Shown: piece by piece, positions 55,982 to 64,000 of the stretch | How positions within the stretch are numbered: the stretch's first letter is position 1 | Layout of the letters: every line of letters starts with the position of its first letter | Source of the DNA: Verrucomicrobiales bacterium | GTDB taxonomy: Bacteria > Verrucomicrobiota > Verrucomicrobiia > Verrucomicrobiales > DEV007 | Direction: 5' to 3' | Assembly (NCBI GenBank): GCA_041749135.1 | Contig: JBGTBW010000146.1 | Coordinates: forward strand, 9,573 to 73,572 | DNA length: 64,000 nt | The notes under the pieces: generated by a model | What the model was told of the DNA's origin: nothing | What the model saw: the letters and a program-made list of their open reading frames with translations, nothing else | Database searches by the model: none | Program-made: the position numbers and the translations under genes

Positions 55982-56067
55982 GGGTAGGTACCGAAGCGGT
56001 CAAACGGGGCAGACTGTAAATCTGCTGGCTTACGCCTTCAGTGGTTCGAATCCACTCCTGCCCACCA
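55982..56067 (+). tRNA. tRNA-Tyr: tRNA-Tyr (anticodon GUA), long variable arm, CCA encoded
   Basis: Manual cloverleaf: acceptor gggtagg/cctgccc, 3-bp D stem ccg/cgg, anticodon stem gcaga/tctgc with loop ctGTAaa, variable arm hairpin ggc-ttac-gcc, T arm agtgg-ttcgaat-ccact, discriminator A + CCA. 86 nt. Confidence 0.9.
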
Positions 56068-56095
56068 GCCTCATCCTAAGGCCCTGGCGACCCGT

Positions 56096-56171
56096 TGCAG
56101 GAGTGGGTTCGAACCACGGGGTGGTTTCGACTGCCGGTCTCGCGATGCGCAGCGAGCGGGACTTCTCCTGC
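56096..56171 (-). other. tRNA-like remnant on the opposite strand. Its 3' ~19 nt match the T-arm/acceptor 3' end of the adjacent tRNA-Tyr in inverted orientation.
   Basis: The minus strand reads ...gtgggttcgaacccactcctgc, 18/19 identical to tRNA-Tyr ggttcgaatccactcctgc. A ~76-nt segment has a pairing acceptor (gcaggag/ctcctgc) but no canonical D or anticodon arms. Confidence 0.25.
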
Positions 56172-57306
56172 TGCGCGAAGCGCACTCCGCAGAGCCCCGC
56201 CGCAGGCGGGGATAATCCAGCCCTGCCCACTTCCTTCAAAATGAAGGGCTTACACCGATGCTCACTCTATCAAGTGGCACCAGAAGCAAGAATCCTGCGG
56301 ACAATTTGCGGACAGTTTTGCGGTCAACCCTAGGACCACTTTCCTTCAACCGCACTCCCAGCGACACTGCGCCGATGGCCCCACTTGCCAACCGTTTCGC
56401 CATGCGAGTCCCGGAGATTCAGGTTGGGTAGGGTCAGGGCCTTCACGTGCCGATCGACGGTGAGCTGAGGACGACGATCCTGGCCTTCTTGGCCGTGTCA
56501 CCGGGAAGGCGCCTGGCACCTTCCGCCGGCGGGTGCTTCATGGGGGCGTCTGCCGGATCCTGGACGAGGGTGCCATGCAGAGACTGGCGATGGAGGATGT
56601 GGAGGAGGCTGGAATGTAATGAGAGGGGTGAGCCACCCTGAGACAATGGGCTTGCCATCAATCGAATTGCGTGATAGGCGGCGTTCATTTGAAAGGTATG
56701 ACCCCGTTGACGAACATCTCTACCTACTGTCCTGATGGAGGCACGCCCGTGCAGGCGGATGTTGTGGCAGATCTCACCAACCAAGGCCCGGGCGGCCCAT
56801 TCGCTTTTCGACCGCTTGGAGGACATCCAGAGCCAGGGACTCCCTTCAGCTTCTTCTCCAACGTGGAAATCGAGGCACCTCTGACCGGGACATTGCAGCA
56901 TATGGGGCAGAGCCATCGCGTCGAGATAGGAGAATGCGCTCCCTTTCAAGGACGATTCAGGGCTTCCGGCGAGATCATTCAATGAAATGAGTTCTGCGGA
57001 GGTCTGAGCATGCGGCCCATTCTGCCCTTCCGCCGCTCCCCGCGACACTGCGCCCGTGGTCACTCACTCCGACCGTTTCGCCCCGCGGAATCCGGAGCCG
57101 CAGCTTGGACGCGATCAGGTCTTGCTCGTTCTCGTCGACGGTGAACTCATGACGGTGATCTTCGCCTTGTCCGCGGGCCGCGACGCGACGGTCGGAGCTT
57201 TCTCGCGCGCTGTGCGACATGACAGTGTGCGCCGGATCTCGGAGAAATCCACTATGCGCAGGCTTGAGCCGACGTACATGGAGGCGGCGGGAGGGCGCCG
57301 ATAGCG

Positions 57307-57825
57307 ATGAGATGGCATCTTGCACAAGCAGCGTGGAGCGATGTTCCCAGTTGGCTGAGTACTCTCGGAACATGGATCGCTGCGATTGGGACTTGGATGG
57401 CTGCCGCGGGTGCTATCGCCGCGGCGATCGTTTATTACTTTCTTCTCCATGGAGAATTAAAGAAACGTCATGAAGAAGCTGAGGACAGCAGAAAGCTCGC
57501 GGCGAAGCGAACGTCCGCTTGGATGGAAGGCGATCGGTTAGTAGCACAAAACAGAGGGGAAGAGCCAATCTACAACGTGATAGTCTTTGTGGGAGAAATA
57601 GGCGACGACTTTGATGCTTCGATTGACAATCTTATCCGGTACCGGTTCTCATCGATCGGGCCCGACGACAGACGCGAACTACCGCTTAGAAAATCTATAG
57701 AACGCGGCACGATTCCCCGGGACCCAGACGTAGCGATCGAGTTTACAGACTGTTCGGGCCAGCATTGGCGTCGGGAGTCGAGCGGGGGACTCAAAGAAAT
57801 GCAGGTGCGGAGGCCCTGCGGTTGA
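57307..57825 (+). CDS. Small membrane-anchored hypothetical protein (N-terminal TM + ~120-aa soluble domain), in the low-GC island
   Basis: TM segment WLSTLGTWIAAIGTWMAAAGAIAAAIVYYFLL. AT-richer codon usage than the core genome. Confidence 0.4.
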   Translation: MRWHLAQAAWSDVPSWLSTLGTWIAAIGTWMAAAGAIAAAIVYYFLLHGELKKRHEEAEDSRKLAAKRTSAWMEGDRLVAQNRGEEPIYNVIVFVGEIGDDFDASIDNLIRYRFSSIGPDDRRELPLRKSIERGTIPRDPDVAIEFTDCSGQHWRRESSGGLKEMQVRRPCG

Positions 57826-57885
57826 CCCCTATGAGGTGGCTTCTCTAACCCCACTCTACGGAGAATTAAGATGCTTTAGTTACCA

Positions 57886-58365
57886 ATGTTGTTAGCCGTA
57901 ACTCCTTTTCTTTCTAGAGTCGGGGAGATCCTTGGCGCCCTTGTTTTCATTGTTGCACTATCCGCAACGGTATACGGGCTGTCGAAGTACATTGACTCGA
58001 GAATTAAGTCACTCTTTCTCCAGGACCGGGAGCTTTTGCGCAAAATCGCGCAGGCGGCTCGGCCGATTGCAATCTTCGATCAGAAGGGAACGGTTTTATA
58101 TGACGGTGGTGCTTCCGAATTCATAGAGTCGCTTTCAGTTAAACTAAACGAAGAACCAGGCAGTTTTGCTGAGGGCTTTCCTAAAGAGATTGTTATTAAG
58201 TCAAAACGATTTCTGCATAGTGCTCCACTCATAGTATCTATTGACCCTGATGATGTGGAGATCACGTCGCGCCGATCCGCCATGTCCGATTGGATTTACA
58301 GGTTGGAGTACAGTGGATATAGCACTCGAGAGGTAACAAGATTCCGAATCGAGATTCTTCGGTAA
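57886..58365 (+). CDS. Small membrane-anchored hypothetical protein (N-terminal TM + ~120-aa soluble domain), in the low-GC island
   Basis: TM segment ILGALVFIVALSATVYGL. Lies 60 nt downstream of the previous gene with the same architecture. Confidence 0.4.
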   Translation: MLLAVTPFLSRVGEILGALVFIVALSATVYGLSKYIDSRIKSLFLQDRELLRKIAQAARPIAIFDQKGTVLYDGGASEFIESLSVKLNEEPGSFAEGFPKEIVIKSKRFLHSAPLIVSIDPDDVEITSRRSAMSDWIYRLEYSGYSTREVTRFRIEILR

Positions 58366-58947
58366 CTAGCTGTTCGACTCTCTCAGGCTCCCTTCGAACC
58401 GTCGCCGAGCTGGACGCCCTGAAGCGTCTGCAAACAGAGACGGCCACAGAGTTCGAGCCCTGCTCCCCGACATCCTCGACTGCGCCTTCAAGGGCGGGCT
58501 TTGAACCCTCGCCTCGCCATGACCAACCCGATTCCCGGTTTCTGCGGGCTGGGTCTCGGCAAAAACCTTGGGGTTGGTGTGGAAGAGTGGCACAACATTG
58601 TGGCTGCATCTGGTAGGCTGAAGCGACCGATAAGAACCTGTCACCATGATCGAACATTGCAAGCTGCTTTGGGCTCTCAATGATCAAAAGCCAGGATTCC
58701 GAGGGGCATCGGCCGACGAGACTAACGAGATTGGATTCACGCCCGAAACGTCATGCATCCAGGTCGAACTCGAGCCCGAATCGCGGGCAGAACTTAATGC
58801 CTTGATCTTCGTTGAGATCGTAGAGCTTCGGATCCAATATGACCCGAAAGCCAATGCATGAGCCCCAGGATTGGGAAAAGAGGAAGGTATCGCTGTCGCC
58901 AAATTCGTTTACGCGGGCAATCGAACAGAGACGCGCCGAAAGACAGT

Positions 58948-59292
58948 CTATGACGAGTTGAATCGCAGCTTCCTGATCTCGAAGATATCAATGAGCCGTG
59001 AAGGCTCGATGTCCGTACTGGATCTTGAGACGAGTTCCTCAACGAACCCGTTCGCAATAAGGGCTTCAGTTGTACCACGATCTAGGTCATACAGTCGCTC
59101 CAGGATTCCTGTCTCAACGTTGAGTCGGCGCACGAGCCGCTGTGTGAACTGCTTAAGGTTGGACGGGCTCGACCATTCTAACCGAGATCTAGCGACTCGC
59201 CAGGTATCGTATAACGGACTTATCGCCGCAAGATCAATTTGTCTGTCTCGGTCGGAGATCTGCTCGATAGGGGTCCATCTATAGTCTGTCAT
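58948..59292 (-). CDS. Short ORF resembling the N-terminal region of Fic/DUF4172-type proteins, lacking the catalytic HPFx(D/E)GNGR core. Probable fragment.
   Basis: MTDYRWTPIEQISDRDRQIDLAAISPLYDTW...LDRGTTEALIANGFVEELVSRSSTDIEPS resembles the Fic N-terminal ...SSaIEG region. The ORF ends ~15 aa later and no HPF motif follows on this strand. Confidence 0.3.
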   Translation of the reverse strand: MTDYRWTPIEQISDRDRQIDLAAISPLYDTWRVARSRLEWSSPSNLKQFTQRLVRRLNVETGILERLYDLDRGTTEALIANGFVEELVSRSSTDIEPSRLIDIFEIRKLRFNSS

Positions 59293-60255
59293 CGATTGAC
59301 CTCGATCTAAGGAATTGAATTCTCCTAACCTTTCATCACAACTGCTGAACAGCTTAGGCTTGGCTCCGTGTCGAAGAACGCGTGGCGGCCGGCGTGTATG
59401 ACGGGCAAATGTCACCGGAGGGAGACTCGTCGTTGAGCTGCGGAGATTGAACCATGGGGTAGTTATGATGAGGGGAGCCGAGAAGGCAAACGTTCCGTTG
59501 GCCGGAAAGCAGTCACGCGAACAGGCCGAGCCTGCGGGGATCGGATGATCAGGAAAGCCTGAGGAGGCTGGAAGGAGTCTCCTGAATCCGGGTTGGCAGC
59601 TGCCGTTAAGTTGGGCGTGGAGGTTTCGTGAAGGATTGTGGCGATCCTTGGACCCGGAGCGTGCGCATCGGCGCTTCTTTTGCGGTTTCGTTCTTTCCTT
59701 GAGTTCCCATCCTCGGGCGGCTTGGCGCATGGAGAGTACGATGGGGTTGAACTCGGGTCGGGCCCGCCCGCGCACACGGAAACCGCGCTTGAGCAACAGG
59801 ACGCGCCCCCGATTCACAGGCCGGATCCTTAGCTAATTCACTCTCGGATTCTGCTGAAGAACGCTTATTGAGCGCTCGGGAGCGGGCGCATGCGGCGGAG
59901 CCTCGTCGAGCCGTCTGCTCCTGCTCCGGAAAGGCGCTAATCACCCTGAAATTTATCTTGCTCCGCCGCAAGAAAGCTGTTGAGGTAAGCGGAAATGAGC
60001 TGTGATGGCCAGTCCGCATCCCTTCCCTCTCCTAAACCGCAGGCGGTAAGGCCAGGCTTTTGGAAGGGAATTCCTGGCCCCTTAAAGAGGTTCAAGTAGT
60101 GATCGAGGTCGCTTACGCTAAAAGAGCGTGCTCAAGGTTCGCAATCACCACGGATACTCGACCGAGCCTGCTACTTCGCGCCATGGCAAGATGGTTTTCT
60201 CTAGGCACGCTCTCTCGACAGCGTCGGCACAAAAAAAAACTCACCGACTAAGACT

Positions 60256-62193
60256 ATGAGTTCCAATCGGGCTTCATCAAGAGATGCCGAATCTGCTGAC
60301 CTATTCGATCAAACGGTGAACCCACTTCTACCCGGCGGTATTCTTGTTTCGATGTTCAGGGACCCTAAAAGCCTAGATACGCTCCACTATGAAATCGATT
60401 CACTAGCCGCCTTTAACACCAACAAAAACAATACTCTCGTCCGCCACTTCCAAAGCCACGGCTACTTGGAAACGCGGCTAGCGACGACCCTCATATCCGC
60501 TTTAACGGACTTCGAAGGTACGCTTCAAGGTTCCGAGCCAAGTCTTTCACTTCGATCTCAGATGTTCGGCTACGATTCCGGTGCGGCACACACAATTTTC
60601 CGCAGTCTTCTCGCCATAAACACATTTGTTCATGTCTTGCAGATAATTACTCCGCCGCCGAAAACCTATCTCAGAGCGGAGTCCCTTGATATTGATGTTT
60701 TGGAGCTTATCAAAGACAGCGCTTTGGACTTTGCGGCTGGAATGTGGTGTAAACTTATTCGGCCCAATCAGGGAGTGGCACGCTGTTGGGGGACGCGGCA
60801 GCTTTGGCGAGCGGCCTTTTCGGAAGACCCACAAGATTGCCTCAGCGCGATTGAAGACGGCGTGGAGATTGCTGAACGGGATGGCCTTTACGCTTTACAA
60901 GAACTGTTAGTCAGTAGTGATGAGTTTGCGGAAGGATTACGCGAATCCTACGAAATAAACGATCGCTTACTGAGCCAGGGGATAGACGAACAGTTTCGCC
61001 GGATCGGGCTGGGGTGCAAATCTTTGGGTCTCCGGCCCGTTTGTTTCTGGTATGTTCGCCACCTTTTAGATCAAAGTATGTGGGCATACGCGCAGATCGA
61101 CGGCAATACTTCCCACGCAGACAATCGCTTTTGCCAAACCCTTTCCGAGCGAACACGGCGTATAGCAGAGGAGTATGCTCAAGAGTGCGAACAGGAACAG
61201 CAGGCTGGAACGCTTCAAGAAGAGGATTTTGACACTGTTCTTGCGGAGTTGGATGAGCTAATCGGCCTTGAGTCTGTTAAAGTAAGGCTGCGGGAGTTGG
61301 CCAACTTCGCGAGAGTTCAACAGATGCGGGTATCACAGGGTCTCCCCAGCGTCAAAACGAACCTTCATACGGTGTATTCCGGAAACCCAGGAACCGGAAA
61401 GACCACGGTCGCCCGCTTTATGGGTAGGATCTATAAGTCATTGGGCATTCTCCGAAAAGGCCATGTTATTGAGTGCGACCGATCAAAACTCGTCGCAGAA
61501 TACATCGGGCAGACCGCAACGAAGACGAGTGAGGTTATTGACTCAGCGCTTGATGGCATATTGTTCGTTGATGAGGCTTATACTTTAGCCGGAAGGCATG
61601 AGTGGGACTTCGGGCGGGAAGCTATTGATACGCTTCTCAAGCGGATGGAAGACGATCGCAATCGATTGATTGTAATTGTTGCCGGTTATGTCGGCCAAAT
61701 GCAGACGTTCATTTTCTCAAATCCAGGATTGCAGTCGCGTTTTACTAATTATGTGGATTTCCCGGATTACACCCCTCAGGAGATGTGTAGGATATTCACT
61801 TTTTTGGCGCGGCAAGCCGGTCTGGAGTGTGCGGCAGAACTGAAAGCAAAGCTACTCCTCCATTTCAGTCTTGCATATCGAGATCGTGCAAAACACTTCG
61901 GAAATGGGAGGGAAGTAAGAAACGTTTTCGAAGCCACTATCAGTCGCCAAGCTAATCGGTTGGCTGGCGTAGGCGATTTCACCGCTGACGCGCTCACTCT
62001 ATTAATCGCGACCGATCTCGCTTCGTCTTATGAGGAGGAGTTTGAGGCAGCGAGAAAGGAGTTGTCGTTCATATGCAGGTGCCCGGCTTGTCAACGTTCC
62101 TACGCATGGCATCCTGCTTCCGACCTCAAGCTAGCACAGTGCGACTGCGGAAAATTGTTTGACGTAGAGTTTGGCGAAGTCGCACTGGAGTAA
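60256..62193 (+). CDS. 645-aa protein: unknown ~330-aa N-terminal domain + CbbX/SpoVK-type AAA+ ATPase + C-terminal Cys4 zinc-ribbon
   Basis: Lower-GC gene preceded by an A9 run. Walker A GNPGTGKTTVARFMG, Walker B GILFVDEAYTL, sensor-1 IVIVAGY, arginine finger region GLQSRF (CbbX/SpoVK hallmark LxxLxxFxxxQ...GNPGTGKT). C-terminal CRCPACQ...CDCGKLF. Confidence 0.8.
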   Translation: MSSNRASSRDAESADLFDQTVNPLLPGGILVSMFRDPKSLDTLHYEIDSLAAFNTNKNNTLVRHFQSHGYLETRLATTLISALTDFEGTLQGSEPSLSLRSQMFGYDSGAAHTIFRSLLAINTFVHVLQIITPPPKTYLRAESLDIDVLELIKDSALDFAAGMWCKLIRPNQGVARCWGTRQLWRAAFSEDPQDCLSAIEDGVEIAERDGLYALQELLVSSDEFAEGLRESYEINDRLLSQGIDEQFRRIGLGCKSLGLRPVCFWYVRHLLDQSMWAYAQIDGNTSHADNRFCQTLSERTRRIAEEYAQECEQEQQAGTLQEEDFDTVLAELDELIGLESVKVRLRELANFARVQQMRVSQGLPSVKTNLHTVYSGNPGTGKTTVARFMGRIYKSLGILRKGHVIECDRSKLVAEYIGQTATKTSEVIDSALDGILFVDEAYTLAGRHEWDFGREAIDTLLKRMEDDRNRLIVIVAGYVGQMQTFIFSNPGLQSRFTNYVDFPDYTPQEMCRIFTFLARQAGLECAAELKAKLLLHFSLAYRDRAKHFGNGREVRNVFEATISRQANRLAGVGDFTADALTLLIATDLASSYEEEFEAARKELSFICRCPACQRSYAWHPASDLKLAQCDCGKLFDVEFGEVALE

Positions 62194-63616
62194 TTCGACA
62201 TGTCCCCACCCCCTGTCCCCACCAGCCAAGCTACGAAATAGGATCGGCATTGGCCCCAATTCCCGGAAGGTCTGGGCTAAGGAGTGTCGCCGCCGTCCCT
62301 CCGTATCCTTGCAAACCGGCTCCGCTCCGGTCCCGATGCCGTCAGCCGGTTCCACCTCAGCTCAATCACGACGTCATGCTCCTCAGCGCGGCCACCAAGC
62401 CATCGGCTACGTCGATTGGCTGCGACTCGTGAAGATCCTCGACGAGTGCTTCCTCGCAGATACGGAACATCCAGACCATGCACCGATCATGGATCGGGTC
62501 TGCACCGCTGACCTCGTCAGCGCCCACTTCCCGGTCTGTCCCGCGCGCATTCCCAGATGGCCGCTGCGCTGGTGGCGCCGGTTGAACCAAACGCTGTAGC
62601 TGACGTTCAACCACTGAGCGCTCCGGCTGAGGTTCGCCTCCGGGGTCTCCAGGAGGAGATGAACATGGTTGCGGGTTCATGCCGCTGCTCTGCGAGTTCA
62701 CAATGCCTGTGTCTTTGTGTGAAGCGTTTGGTGTTGAACGCAGGGACCGCTTGTTGGATCTGCTCGCCTTCCTCTCTACTCTCAACGATCCGTACAGGGT
62801 TCTTGAGGGCTGTCGATTTCCCGCAGAAGATGCCCAAAGACAAGGGGCATAGGACACGCTAGACTCGCCCACGGGGCCCTTTGAACGAAAAGAAAGTCTC
62901 AGACCGCCATCCGATCCAGATCAACGCTTGGCACGATAGCTACAGCGTCATTGGAGCCTTTCGGCCGGTAGTTCCAAAGACTGTGGAATTCTCCACCGTT
63001 CCAGCGGGATTTGATGCTTCTCGTCATAGTCCTGGCATTTCCTCGTCCATGAGTGCCACCTCGGTCCTCGCTCGAAGCGGAGTGCGATTAACCGGGCTTC
63101 ATCAGAGCACCGCCTTCGAGCCAAATGCCCGAGCCGATTCCAATTCCCCACCGCTCCCTATAGATATCGCGGGAAACGGAAACGGGAAACAGCCCTGAAT
63201 GAGCCCCTTGCCTGGGTGGAAGATAGGGCTCTGCGGGGACGCAACCCGAGCGCTGCCCAGGCCTTGCACACCGAAGGACCCTGCAGGGCCCTTGCCGGGT
63301 GGGGCCGCTCAAGTGGTCTCACCCGGCTCCTCCTGCGGGAGCAAGCCCAATGCGATAAATCCATCATTTACCCTGACCACCGTCCCATCGCTTACCGTGT
63401 CCACGCTCAACCGCGCACATCAACCCGCTATCCGCCAGGCATCCAAAGCTGAATGACAACTCGAATCCTGAATCAGAAACCGGAGGGGCGCTCCCGGTAG
63501 CGGGTGAGTGGCCTCGACGTTAGGCGTTTTCTCACGCCCCGTATGAACGGACAATTTACAATCTTATTACAAATTTCTGACAAACCTGCGCAGCCAGCCG
63601 CCTCACACTTGAAGCC

Positions 63617-64000
63617 ATGAAACTACTTCGACATATCATCACCATTGTTAGCATTGTCGCCTCTTTTATCGCTAACGCAGGCGAACAACTCACCGCCAAA
63701 ACGAAAGGCGCTGCAGATCAACCAACCGCTGTAGAACTGCAACTTCTCCAAGGAACATGGGAGGGAGTCCTAGTGGGCGATAAGGCGCAAAACAAAATCA
63801 CCATCACGATCACCGGCAATTCACTCCATTTTCATCGGGACACGAATTTTTGGTTTGAGACGACAATTACACTGACAGCAGGCAAAGACCCAAAGCAGTT
63901 ACACGCCACCATCAAACATTCTGCGCCACCGGAGGATTCCAACGGCCAAGTGGTCGTCGCCATCTTCAAGATTGAGGACGGAACATTGACCTTGGCCACG
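63617..64000 (+). CDS. Secreted TIGR03067-like (Planctomycetes-type lipocalin-like) protein, 3' end beyond window
   Basis: Signal peptide MKLLRHIITIVSIVASFIANA. LQGTWEGV...ITITGNSLHF...AIFKIEDGTLTL matches the TIGR03067 pattern (LxGtW...gdkl...GIYkldgdtLtl). The ORF runs off the window end. Confidence 0.6.
   Translation, partial: MKLLRHIITIVSIVASFIANAGEQLTAKTKGAADQPTAVELQLLQGTWEGVLVGDKAQNKITITITGNSLHFHRDTNFWFETTITLTAGKDPKQLHATIKHSAPPEDSNGQVVVAIFKIEDGTLTLAT

Noticed and set aside
56096-56240. Possible second tRNA, tRNA-Sec or permuted tmRNA next to tRNA-Tyr
   Set aside because: No canonical cloverleaf can be folded (no D arm or anticodon arm), it is too short for tmRNA, and no acceptor complement for a tRNA-Sec-like GGAAGTGG is present. 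Retained only as a low-confidence tRNA-like remnant.

Overview
This is a GC-rich (~65%) bacterial chromosomal segment. It most resembles a Verrucomicrobia or other PVC-group genome. That placement is an inference from a PEP-CTERM protein, a PSD1/DUF1549/DUF1553 + DUF1501 gene pair, several giant secreted adhesin-like proteins, and multiple small RRM RNA-binding proteins.

Main contents, in order:
- 744-16686, minus strand: an operon of sensor histidine kinase, NarL-type response regulator, orphan receiver domain and a ~3,870-aa FG-GAP/cadherin-like/beta-helix adhesin. Both gene junctions are ATGA overlaps.
- 17151-17714: a PEP-CTERM protein containing three near-identical 132-bp tandem repeats.
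- 17919-22096: a sugar-utilisation cluster (Gfo/Idh/MocA oxidoreductase, sodium:solute symporter, DJ-1/PfpI, sugar-phosphate isomerase).
- 22262-27222: an SGNH hydrolase and a 1,351-aa secreted PA14/LamG protein.
- 28151-29536: a secreted thioredoxin-like protein with an in-frame TGA followed by a perfect hairpin, a candidate selenoprotein.
- 29649-31100: a B12-binding radical SAM protein.
- 31403-39889: the most unusual locus. A membrane-anchored flotillin (SPFH) protein is followed, with 19- and 8-nt gaps, by a 1,831-aa cytoplasmic protein (N-terminal domain, ~700 aa of coiled coil, C-terminal AAA_5/MoxR-dynein-type ATPase) and a 263-aa coiled-coil/Pro-rich protein.
- 40115-54850: a GNAT acetyltransferase, three RRM proteins (two here, one further on), a PSD1/DUF1501 operon with a WD40 protein, a PAP2/vanadium-haloperoxidase-like protein and a TPMT-like methyltransferase.
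- 55030-55760: an array of about eight ~85-nt hairpin-containing tandem repeats, immediately upstream of tRNA-Tyr (55982-56067).
- 56240-63600: a lower-GC island beyond the tRNA, with small membrane proteins, a Fic-like fragment and a 645-aa CbbX/SpoVK-type AAA+ ATPase.

Four unrelated secreted proteins end in the same ~55-aa C-terminal module (...W...DL..W...FYR.R), a candidate sorting tail.
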